From assembly GCA_965656875.1 (NCBI GenBank), contig CBFHMJ010000028.1, positions 70,292-134,291 on the forward strand: a stretch of 64,000 nucleotides of DNA. The letters are read 5' to 3'. The position numbers and the translations under genes are program-made. Positions 28,107 through 35,478 of this stretch are shown piece after piece. Under the pieces are notes generated by a model. That model saw nothing but the letters and a program-made list of their open reading frames with translations, made no database searches and was not told the origin of the DNA. How positions within the stretch are numbered: the stretch's first letter is position 1; every line of letters starts with the position of its first letter. The DNA is from Alteromonadaceae bacterium (lineage in GTDB: Bacteria > Pseudomonadota > Gammaproteobacteria > Enterobacterales > Alteromonadaceae).

Positions 28107-29030
28107 ATGAGTCAGCGACAAGCGTTAGATGGTCTGGCGGTGGGTTTAATGGTGTTGATAACCTTGATTTGGGGGTTACAGCAGGTATTTGTTAAAGCAG
28201 TGGCAGAGGATATGTCGCCCATTTTGCAAATCGCACTTCGCTCAGGTATTGCGGGTGGATTGTTAGCGCTGGTGATGTTGGTTCGGCGTGAGGCGCTGAT
28301 GAGTCGTGAGACTTTGTTGCCTGGCCTGGTAGCCGGGGTGTTATTTGCGCTGGAGTTTTTCTTTGTCGGTGAAGGACTGAAGCACACAACGGCCTCTCAT
28401 ATGATTGTGTTTTTATACAGTGCGCCGGTATTTGTGGCGTTAAGTCTGCATTTTAGTGTTGAAGGTGAGCAGCTGTCATCGATTCAGTGGTTCGGCATTA
28501 TGACCGCTTTTTCTGGTATCGCTTTAACGTTTTTATGGCGAGCCGATACAGGGGGGGAGCAGGCTAGTGATATGTTGTGGGGCGATTTGCTGGCGTTATT
28601 AGCTGCATTGTCCTGGGGGGCGACCACCGTGTTAATTCGTCGAACATCGCTTAGCAACGCACCAGCCATGCAGACTTTGTTCTATCAATTAAGTTTATGT
28701 TTCATCATTTTGTTGACTACAGCGGCACTAACCAGTCAAACCAGTTTTAACGCAACAACACCCGTCCTGGCAAACCTGGCGTTCCAGGGGCTGGTGGTAT
28801 CATTTGGTAGCTTATTTGCGTGGTTCTGGATGCTACGACGCTATCCGGCTTCACAGCTGGGTGTGTTTACCTTTCTAACGCCGATTTTTGGCATTGTATT
28901 CGGCGTGTGGTTACTGGGCGAACCTTTGGAACCGAGTTTTATCGCCGGCGCAGCGCTGGTGATGTCTGGCATTATGCTGGTGAACAGCCATGAAAAGATT
29001 GCTCAGCGATTGAGGGTGTTGAGGGATTAA
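28107..29030 (+). CDS. DMT-superfamily (EamA-like) 10-TM transporter
   Basis: The 307-aa protein has two EamA-like halves, each with 5 hydrophobic helices. The pattern is typical of drug/metabolite exporters. Confidence 0.8.
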   Translation: MSQRQALDGLAVGLMVLITLIWGLQQVFVKAVAEDMSPILQIALRSGIAGGLLALVMLVRREALMSRETLLPGLVAGVLFALEFFFVGEGLKHTTASHMIVFLYSAPVFVALSLHFSVEGEQLSSIQWFGIMTAFSGIALTFLWRADTGGEQASDMLWGDLLALLAALSWGATTVLIRRTSLSNAPAMQTLFYQLSLCFIILLTTAALTSQTSFNATTPVLANLAFQGLVVSFGSLFAWFWMLRRYPASQLGVFTFLTPIFGIVFGVWLLGEPLEPSFIAGAALVMSGIMLVNSHEKIAQRLRVLRD

Positions 29031-29051
29031 TGATTTAAATGTAGACAGCCC

Positions 29052-30692
29052 CTAATGTTGGTTACAAATCGCTTTCCATGTTAATCCAAATTTTGCGAGA
29101 TATTTTTGCAGGCGAGCAGAGTCATTGTTGCTGGCTTTTGAAAGGCGACTGACGTTAAACAAGCGACGTCCGGCAGCGGCCATTGATGGATGCTGGCGAC
29201 ATACATTGATAACGTGTTGGAGCTGGTGTTGGTCGAATTCGTCAATGGTGGCGAGTTGTTGTTCCGTTAGCCAGTTAGTCAGTGCTGTTTGTTCAGAATG
29301 TTTTTGTTCTGAAAGTGTATTACCGCCCCATGCTTGTTGAAGTCGAGGGAGTTCGTCAGCAACATCGGCTCGAGTGATCCGAGAGGTTTCTGCCAACGTA
29401 CATAAACGGGTGACAGAAGCGCCAAGGTCGCGGAAGTTACCGCGCCAGAGAGCCTGAGGTGCCTGAGCGAAGGCAAGATAATCTTCCCGGGCTTCTTTGT
29501 TGAACTGAATGCGGTAGCCGGTTTTTTCAGTATATTTGTCGAGTTCAAATTCAATATTGGCGGGAATGTCTTCCTTTCGGTCCTTAAGGCCGGGTAACTG
29601 CCAGCTCCAGAGGTTAATTCGAGCCAGTAAGTCTTCACGAAATCGACCTTGTGCAATGTGTAGCCATAAATCTTGATTGGTGCCTGCGATCAATTGAAAA
29701 TCACTACTAACCGGTGTATCGCTGCCGACGGGATGAAAACGTTTATTTTCGATGGCATGTAGTAGCATTGCTTGTTCTTCTAATCCAAGCTCACCAATTT
29801 CATCCAGAAACAACACACCATTGTCTGCAGTTAACAAAAAACCATCCCGTGCTTTTTGTGCGCCGGTAAATGCGCCTTTGGTATGGCCGAACAAGGCAGC
29901 CATGGCGTTCTCTCCCTTTAATGTTGCACAGTTAACGGCGACGAATTCTCCACTGACCAGCCCACGTTTTTGTTTGAGCTGATAAATTCGCGATGCAAGC
30001 TGGCTTTTACCTGCTCCGGTTGGGCCGGTAATAAGCATAGGCTCTACGGTTTTCAGCGCGACCTTTTCGATATGATCAATGAGCTGATTAAACGCCGGGT
30101 TTTTGGTTTGAATACCATTTTTCAAAAAGGTAGTTGCTTCGTGTTGCTCGGCATTAAAACGGTTTGCTAGTTGATCATAACGGGACAAATCAAGATCGAT
30201 GATATGGAATTTACCAACAGAACGATTGCTTTCTTTTGGGCTTGGTGACGTTTGTATCAAACGGCCAGGAAAGTGACGACTTTCGGTAAGTAGAAAGGTG
30301 CAAATTTGAGTGACGTGAGTGCCCGTCGTGATATGGAAAAGCAGATCGGCGTCTTCTTCGGAAAAGTTTTGTTGTTTTAACCAGTCGTAGGTCTTGCCAT
30401 AAGCTTCTTCAAAATCCCAGGGGTCATGCATGTTGACATTGTGCAGATGAACGGTGGTTTCAGGCGATACGCTTTTGATGTCTGCAACGATATTGCCTGC
30501 CAGTCTGAGACTGTGATTGTCATGTAGCAGATGAAGTTCGTCGATCAGCAGATCGGGTTGGCTGACAAGGCTGATGGTCGGCCTCCAGCGATTCCAGCGT
30601 TCGACACGTTTTCCTGCAAAGTCGAGCTGTGTGCCAATAAAGCCAACGGCAACGGTAGGTTTATCCATTCTTATATCCGATTGATCGAACAT
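29052..30692 (-). CDS. rtcR: Sigma54-dependent transcriptional activator RtcR (CARF-like N-domain, AAA+ GAFTGA domain, C-terminal HTH)
   Basis: The N-terminus (MDKPTVAVGFIGTQLDFAGKRVERWNRWRPTISL) aligns with E. coli RtcR. The AAA+ module has Walker A GPTGAGKS and the sigma54-contact motif GAFTGA. It is divergent from rtcB and rtcA. The true start may be the internal Met at about 30668. Confidence 0.85.
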   Translation of the reverse strand: MFDQSDIRMDKPTVAVGFIGTQLDFAGKRVERWNRWRPTISLVSQPDLLIDELHLLHDNHSLRLAGNIVADIKSVSPETTVHLHNVNMHDPWDFEEAYGKTYDWLKQQNFSEEDADLLFHITTGTHVTQICTFLLTESRHFPGRLIQTSPSPKESNRSVGKFHIIDLDLSRYDQLANRFNAEQHEATTFLKNGIQTKNPAFNQLIDHIEKVALKTVEPMLITGPTGAGKSQLASRIYQLKQKRGLVSGEFVAVNCATLKGENAMAALFGHTKGAFTGAQKARDGFLLTADNGVLFLDEIGELGLEEQAMLLHAIENKRFHPVGSDTPVSSDFQLIAGTNQDLWLHIAQGRFREDLLARINLWSWQLPGLKDRKEDIPANIEFELDKYTEKTGYRIQFNKEAREDYLAFAQAPQALWRGNFRDLGASVTRLCTLAETSRITRADVADELPRLQQAWGGNTLSEQKHSEQTALTNWLTEQQLATIDEFDQHQLQHVINVCRQHPSMAAAGRRLFNVSRLSKASNNDSARLQKYLAKFGLTWKAICNQH

Positions 30693-30847
30693 GATCTATA
30701 TACTATCCAAAAATATATCTAACTATAAAAACAGATATATTTTAGTGTTTTTACAGTAAAGGTCAATAAAGGAAAAATAACGGATTAATATTTTTTAATT
30801 CATTAAAAACAGTGGGTTATAAATTTGTTTTTTGGTTTTTTATCAAT

Positions 30848-30863
30848 TGGCACGTGGGTTGTA
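30848..30863 (+). promoter_or_regulatory. Sigma54 (-24/-12) promoter-like element, TGGCACG-N4-TTGT
   Basis: The sequence ttGGcacgtgggtTGTa matches the TGGCAC-N5-TTGCW consensus except for a GC-to-GT change at -12. It points toward the rtc operon, about 80 nt upstream of the tRNA-like element, and faces away from rtcR. Confidence 0.45.
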
Positions 30864-30942
30864 ATAAAGACGATTGAAACGAGGCAATTATTTCGTTGCC
30901 ACGGTGCGCAATGCGATGCAACAGCGTATTCCGGTGTTTCTC

Positions 30943-31014
30943 TTTTTTGTAGCTCATTCGGTAGAGCAATCGTAATAAAACGATGGGTAGCAGGTTCGAT
31001 TCCTGTCAAAAAAA
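30943..31014 (+). ncRNA. 72-nt tRNA-shaped element (Y-RNA/YrlA-like tRNA mimic), not a functional tRNA
   Basis: The sequence is TTTTTTG-TA-GCTC-ATTCGGTA-GAGC-A-ATCG-TAATAAAA-CGAT-GGGTAG-CAGG-TTCGATT-CCTG-T-CAAAAAA.
- The acceptor stem is 7 bp and entirely A:U with one G:C.
- The D-arm is canonical (GCTC/GAGC, 8-nt loop).
- The T-arm is perfect (CAGG/CCTG, TTCGATT loop).
- The anticodon arm is degenerate: a 4-bp stem and an 8-nt loop, with no plausible anticodon context.
- There is no 3' CCA. Confidence 0.5.
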
Positions 31015-31172
31015 TCAGATCAGCCACGTCATTGTTTACGTGCAAAGCAAAATATACAGATGAATTAAGCAGGCAGATGTGCCGGGTCGTGACTATGGAT
31101 ATCAGCAAGCGGGATAAGCTCCCTGATAGTCAGCATTTCGACTCCGCCAACTGCATTTAGCAAGGAGTAGCC

Positions 31173-32828
31173 ATGAAGAATAATTGGGTAAAAACAATTT
31201 CAGTCAAACAGCAACAACGTGCATTGTTGATGAATCAGGGCAAAGTGGAAAAAATCCTAACGCCAGGTAAACACAATTTGTGGTTTGTTCAGCAGCGCAA
31301 GACGGTACATTCCTACGATTTGGAGCAAGTCGTATTTTCAAACCGTGCCAGTTTGCAACTTTATAACGATACACCAATGTTAAAGCAGGTGTGGCAACGA
31401 GTTGATATGTCCATGTCGGAAGTTGGCCTTGTCTATATTGATGGTCGACTGAGCAACCTTATCGCTCCCGGTGAATCGTGTCTGGTATGGACAATATGCG
31501 GTGATGTTCAGGTGAAGCGGGAAGCGATTTCAGTTAATCCGACATTAAATGATGCGTTGTTGGATGAAATAACGTTGTTTGGGATGAACAGTGCTGACCG
31601 TCTGATACGCTCAGAGGATGTAAAAAAGGACAAAGCCCCTGTTTATACCGCTTCAGTCCCTAAGCATTACTTTGGTTTGTTATTCGTAGATGGAGAGCTT
31701 CGTGAGGTGCTGGAAGCGGGAGAATATGGATTCTGGCAACTTCGCGAAAAAATTCAGGTGAAAACTTTTAACAGTAATAACGTGCTACTGGATTCAACAC
31801 AAACCGTTAATGGTATGGAATTAAATCGACAGACATTGGTACAACTAAGAGAGGAATCTTCGGCATTACAGGCTTATACCGAGTTATTAAAAGTCTCAAC
31901 GTCAGAAGTAGGATTGTTGTATATCGATGGGCGGCTAGAGAAATTAATCGCGCCGGGGGAATCTTGTCTGGTCTGGAAGGCTTGTGGCGATATTTCATTA
32001 ACCTGCTTAACACTGGATGAAGGATTACAGTTACCAGTGTCTCTGTTGCAAGAGGTTGAGATGTTTGGATTAAATGCGAGAGAGCATACGGTAATAAATA
32101 CTTCGCGAAGTGAATTGAGGGAGCCGGTTCATGTTGTGTCCATTCCTCACCAACATACTGGTCTGTTGTTTGTAGACGGTGTTTTTCAGGATGCACTGAC
32201 GCCGGGTAAATACGGTTTCTGGCATTGGCATCAGCAAGTAGAAGTCAAAGTGTTTGATTGTCGTCAGCAGTTGGTTGAAGTGTCAGGGCAGGAAATTCTG
32301 ACGAAAGACCGGGTAAGTTTACGGATTAACTTAACCGCAGGCTATCAGGTCGTTGATCCGGTTGTGGTTGCCAGGGAAGTGGTGAGTGTTGGTGATGTGA
32401 TGTACAAGGCATTGCAGCTTGCACTCAGAGAAGCGGTTGGTATGAGAACGTTGGACGAACTGTTGCTGGACAGATTGGCCATTCGCGAAAGTGTTATGTC
32501 GTCAGTAATGGCAGAAATGGCACGAGTTGGTATTTCGCTGAATCAGGTTGGTGTGAAAGACATCATTCTGCCTGGTGAAATGCGCACAATATTGAATCAA
32601 GTGGTTGAAGCTCAGAAATCAGCAGAGGCTAATGTCATTCGACGCAGGGAAGAAACCGCGGCAACACGAAGCTTGCATAACACAGCGAAGATGATTGAAA
32701 ACAATCCAACATTGCTGAGGCTGAAAGAACTGGAAGCGTTAGAAAAAGTCGCTGAGAAAATTGACAAATTGACGGTTTACGGTGGTTTGGAAGGATTAAT
32801 GAATGACTCTGTTAAGTTGGCGGTTTAA
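31173..32828 (+). CDS. SPFH/band-7 (stomatin/prohibitin-like) domain protein with five N-terminal pre-SPFH hairpin repeats; no TM anchor
   Basis: The RBS AAGGAG sits 6 nt before the ATG.

The C-terminal ~230 aa (EILTKDRVSLRINLTAGYQVVDPVVVAREVV...LDELLLDRLAIRESV...VKDIILPGEMR...AQKSAEANVIRRREETAA..., then a coiled coil) aligns position for position with the band-7 cores of QmcA and HflK.

The N-terminal ~330 aa contains repeated GxhxhDGRLxxLIAPGESCLVW-type motifs. These resemble the first beta-hairpin of SPFH domains (GV-RxGK---L-PGLHF-P):
- LLMNQGKVEKILTPGKHNLW
- GLVYIDGRLSNLIAPGESCLVW
- GLLFVDGELREVLEAGEYGFW
- GLLYIDGRLEKLIAPGESCLVW
- GLLFVDGVFQDALTPGKYGFW. Confidence 0.8.
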   Translation: MKNNWVKTISVKQQQRALLMNQGKVEKILTPGKHNLWFVQQRKTVHSYDLEQVVFSNRASLQLYNDTPMLKQVWQRVDMSMSEVGLVYIDGRLSNLIAPGESCLVWTICGDVQVKREAISVNPTLNDALLDEITLFGMNSADRLIRSEDVKKDKAPVYTASVPKHYFGLLFVDGELREVLEAGEYGFWQLREKIQVKTFNSNNVLLDSTQTVNGMELNRQTLVQLREESSALQAYTELLKVSTSEVGLLYIDGRLEKLIAPGESCLVWKACGDISLTCLTLDEGLQLPVSLLQEVEMFGLNAREHTVINTSRSELREPVHVVSIPHQHTGLLFVDGVFQDALTPGKYGFWHWHQQVEVKVFDCRQQLVEVSGQEILTKDRVSLRINLTAGYQVVDPVVVAREVVSVGDVMYKALQLALREAVGMRTLDELLLDRLAIRESVMSSVMAEMARVGISLNQVGVKDIILPGEMRTILNQVVEAQKSAEANVIRRREETAATRSLHNTAKMIENNPTLLRLKELEALEKVAEKIDKLTVYGGLEGLMNDSVKLAV

Positions 32829-32912
32829 CTCGTATCAGACAACAGAGTCAATCAAACAGCAAAGAATATGGTGAAGGAAGATAGAAAAGCAAGGAAGCAT
32901 CACGGAGTCATT

Positions 32913-34154
32913 ATGATGGAAAACAATAACAGTAATTTTCAAGTAGTAAATAACGGCGATCCGGCTGAACAAGTGCCAATTAAGGCCTGGATTAACGGTG
33001 TGCCGCTGGAATCTCAGGCGAGAGAACAGTTAAATAACACAGCAAAAATGGACATCATTCATTCTCATATTGCGGTGATGCCAGATGTTCATTTTGGTCT
33101 TGGAGCGACAATCGGCAGCATTGTACCTTCGATTAATGCGGTAATCCCGGCGGCTGTGGGCGTAGATATTGGGTGTGGAATGCAGGCGGTAAAAACGAGT
33201 CTGACAGCGGCAGATTTACCAGATAACCTGGAAGGCATTCGTACCGCAATCGAAAAAGCTGTCCCTCATGGCCGCTCGGCAAGACGACGCAGAGATAAAG
33301 GTGCGTGGCACGATATTCCGCCCATTGTGGCGTCTGAATGGCTGACATTGGAGCAACGTTTTGAGCGAATCTGTGACAAGCATCCAGCGATTCGTCACTC
33401 AAATCATGTTAAACATCTTGGAACAATGGGAACTGGTAATCATTTTCTGGAATTGTGCCTGGATGAATTCGATAACGTGTGGATTATGCTGCACTCTGGT
33501 AGTCGCGGGGTGGGTAATCATATTGGAAATTATTTTATTGAACTGGCAAAAAAGGATATGGAGCGCCATCAACGGAATTTACCGGATGTGAATTTGGCGT
33601 ACTTATCGGAAGGGAGTGAACATTTCGATGATTATGTGGAAGCGGTCGAATGGGCTCAGGAATTTGCTTTTAAAAATCGTGAACTCATGATGTTGAATGC
33701 GATTGCAGCGTTAAAAACTGAATTGGGACGAAATTTCGCAACGACTGAATTGGCAGTGAATTGTCACCATAACTATATTTCGCGAGAACATCATTTCGGT
33801 AAGGATTGTTATGTTACCCGTAAAGGGGCTGTACGGGCAGAAAAAGGAGAATTGGGCATTATTCCGGGCAGTATGGGGGCTAAGTCATTTGTTGTTCGTG
33901 GTTTGGGTAATCCCGACAGCTTCAACAGTTGCAGCCATGGTGCTGGCCGGGTAATGTCACGGACAAAAGCTAAAAAGATTTATACCATCGACGATCAAAT
34001 TGCTGCTACACAAGGCGTGGAGTGTCGAAAGGATGCGAGTGTTATTGATGAAATCCCCCATGCTTATAAAGATATTGAGGCAGTGATGGAAGCTCAGAAG
34101 GATCTGGTCGAGATCGTCCATACGTTGAAACAAGTGGTGTGTGTAAAAGGCTGA
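32913..34154 (+). CDS. rtcB: RNA-splicing ligase RtcB (3'-phosphate/5'-hydroxyl RNA ligase)
   Basis: The protein aligns end to end with E. coli RtcB. Matching segments include KAWINGVPLE...HIAVMPDVHFGLGATIGS, GCGM, GTGNHFLE, HSGSRGVGN, NCHHNY, GSMGAKSF and HGAGR. The start was chosen at the ATG after GGAG; the ORF track gives a longer 32868 start. Confidence 0.9.
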   Translation: MMENNNSNFQVVNNGDPAEQVPIKAWINGVPLESQAREQLNNTAKMDIIHSHIAVMPDVHFGLGATIGSIVPSINAVIPAAVGVDIGCGMQAVKTSLTAADLPDNLEGIRTAIEKAVPHGRSARRRRDKGAWHDIPPIVASEWLTLEQRFERICDKHPAIRHSNHVKHLGTMGTGNHFLELCLDEFDNVWIMLHSGSRGVGNHIGNYFIELAKKDMERHQRNLPDVNLAYLSEGSEHFDDYVEAVEWAQEFAFKNRELMMLNAIAALKTELGRNFATTELAVNCHHNYISREHHFGKDCYVTRKGAVRAEKGELGIIPGSMGAKSFVVRGLGNPDSFNSCSHGAGRVMSRTKAKKIYTIDDQIAATQGVECRKDASVIDEIPHAYKDIEAVMEAQKDLVEIVHTLKQVVCVKG

Positions 34155-34190
34155 TATTAGTCAGGGTCAGAAAATAAGAAGGGCGTTAAC

Positions 34191-35366
34191 GTGAACGCAG
34201 CAGTAAATGCAATCATGCAGTCATTTAGCATGATGAGAAAAAGGGAGAACACGCAGGAAATGGATGCACAGCAAAATACAGAAAAGCAGGATGCTAAAAC
34301 TCACAATAAAAAAACCATTGTTATAGATGGATCGTTTGGAGAAGGCGGTGGACAGGTACTTCGTACTGCGTTGACATTATCGTTACTGACGGGAAGAGAC
34401 TTGCAAATCAGTAACATTCGAGCAGGACGTAAGCGGCCGGGATTATTACGACAGCATTTAACTTGTGTTAAAGCGGCGATTAAGATCTCTGGTGGTCAGG
34501 CGACAGGTGTAAAACCGGGATCGACAGAGTTATATTTTAAACCGGGTCAGGTTTTGGCGGGAGATTATCACTTTGCTATTGGCACAGCCGGTAGCACATC
34601 GCTGGTATGTCAGACCATATTTTTACCGTTAGCATTAACCGGGCAGACATCCAGAATAACTTTTGAAGGAGGCACGCATAACGGGATGTCACCCTCAGTA
34701 ACGTTTCTGGATAAGAGTTGGCTGCCCATAATGAAAGGAATTGGGATTGATACAATACTTTCATTAGAAAAATATGGTTTTTATCCTGCGGGAGGAGGGC
34801 GCTGGACGTTAACCATTAACCCGATGGCAATTGCGCAAACCCAGGTATTGTCATTCCCGGTATTATGTCCGCCGATACCTGAATACTTGTTTGATACATT
34901 AAAAGCGACGGTGTTACTAAGTCGTTTACGTCGTTCAGTCGCAACGGATGAAATAGCGGAAGTTCAACAACAAACAGGCATGGAAGAAACAGCGTCCGAA
35001 GTGATTGTTACTGATTCATCGGGGCCAGGTAATAGTGTGATTTTAACGACCGATGGTAGTCAGTCGGTTGTACCTGGCTTTAGCTATTGCTTTGAAGAAA
35101 CCGGTGATATTAATCTTGCTGAAAAGAAAGTTGCCCAACGGGTTTCTCAACGATACCTGGGATTTGTAAACAGTAATGCTCAGATAGATGAGCATCTGGC
35201 TGATCAATTATTGCTACCAATGTTGGTAGCAGGTAGTGGTGAGTTTACGACGACAAAGTTGTCGTCCCATACCATCACAAACATTGCGATTATCGAGCAA
35301 ATTCAAGACTGCTCATTTACAGTGGAAGGATTACCGCAAGGCTTGTGGCGAATTGCACTGAATTGA
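34191..35366 (+). CDS. rtcA: RNA 3'-terminal phosphate cyclase RtcA (with ~40-aa N-terminal extension relative to E. coli)
   Basis: The segments IVIDGSFGEGGGQVLRTALTLSLLTG...IRAGRKRPGLLRQHLTCVKAA...FAIGTAGS...YPAGGG match RtcA. The GTG start at 34191 has AAGGG 7 nt upstream. Alternative ATG starts up to 34260 are possible. Confidence 0.9.
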   Translation: MNAAVNAIMQSFSMMRKRENTQEMDAQQNTEKQDAKTHNKKTIVIDGSFGEGGGQVLRTALTLSLLTGRDLQISNIRAGRKRPGLLRQHLTCVKAAIKISGGQATGVKPGSTELYFKPGQVLAGDYHFAIGTAGSTSLVCQTIFLPLALTGQTSRITFEGGTHNGMSPSVTFLDKSWLPIMKGIGIDTILSLEKYGFYPAGGGRWTLTINPMAIAQTQVLSFPVLCPPIPEYLFDTLKATVLLSRLRRSVATDEIAEVQQQTGMEETASEVIVTDSSGPGNSVILTTDGSQSVVPGFSYCFEETGDINLAEKKVAQRVSQRYLGFVNSNAQIDEHLADQLLLPMLVAGSGEFTTTKLSSHTITNIAIIEQIQDCSFTVEGLPQGLWRIALN

Positions 35367-35412
35367 AGACTGATTTTTTCAGCGATCAAACAAGGTTCTG
35401 ATTAATTAAAAA

Positions 35413-35447
35413 CCCCGATACTTATCACAAGTACCAGGGGTTTTTTT
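35413..35447. terminator. Rho-independent terminator downstream of rtcA (also serves convergent minus-strand fragment)
   Basis: The sequence is aaaaaCCCCgaTACTTatcacAAGTAccaGGGGttttttt. It forms a bipartite stem with a 7-T tract, and an A-run on the other side. Confidence 0.6.
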
Positions 35448-35478
35448 ATGGTAGTAAATCAACTATTAACAGTTTTAA

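Noticed and set aside
30943-31014. Calling the cloverleaf a genuine tRNA gene
   Set aside because: The anticodon arm has a 4-bp stem and an 8-nt loop with no sensible anticodon. The acceptor stem is almost pure A:U. There is no CCA, and it sits inside an operon leader. It fits a tRNA mimic or Y-RNA module, not a decoding tRNA.
31173-32828. Ro60/Rsr (TROVE-vWA) identity for the gene following the tRNA-like element
   Set aside because: The sequence has a clear SPFH/band-7 core and no TROVE or vWA/MIDAS motifs. No Ro ortholog is visible anywhere in the window.
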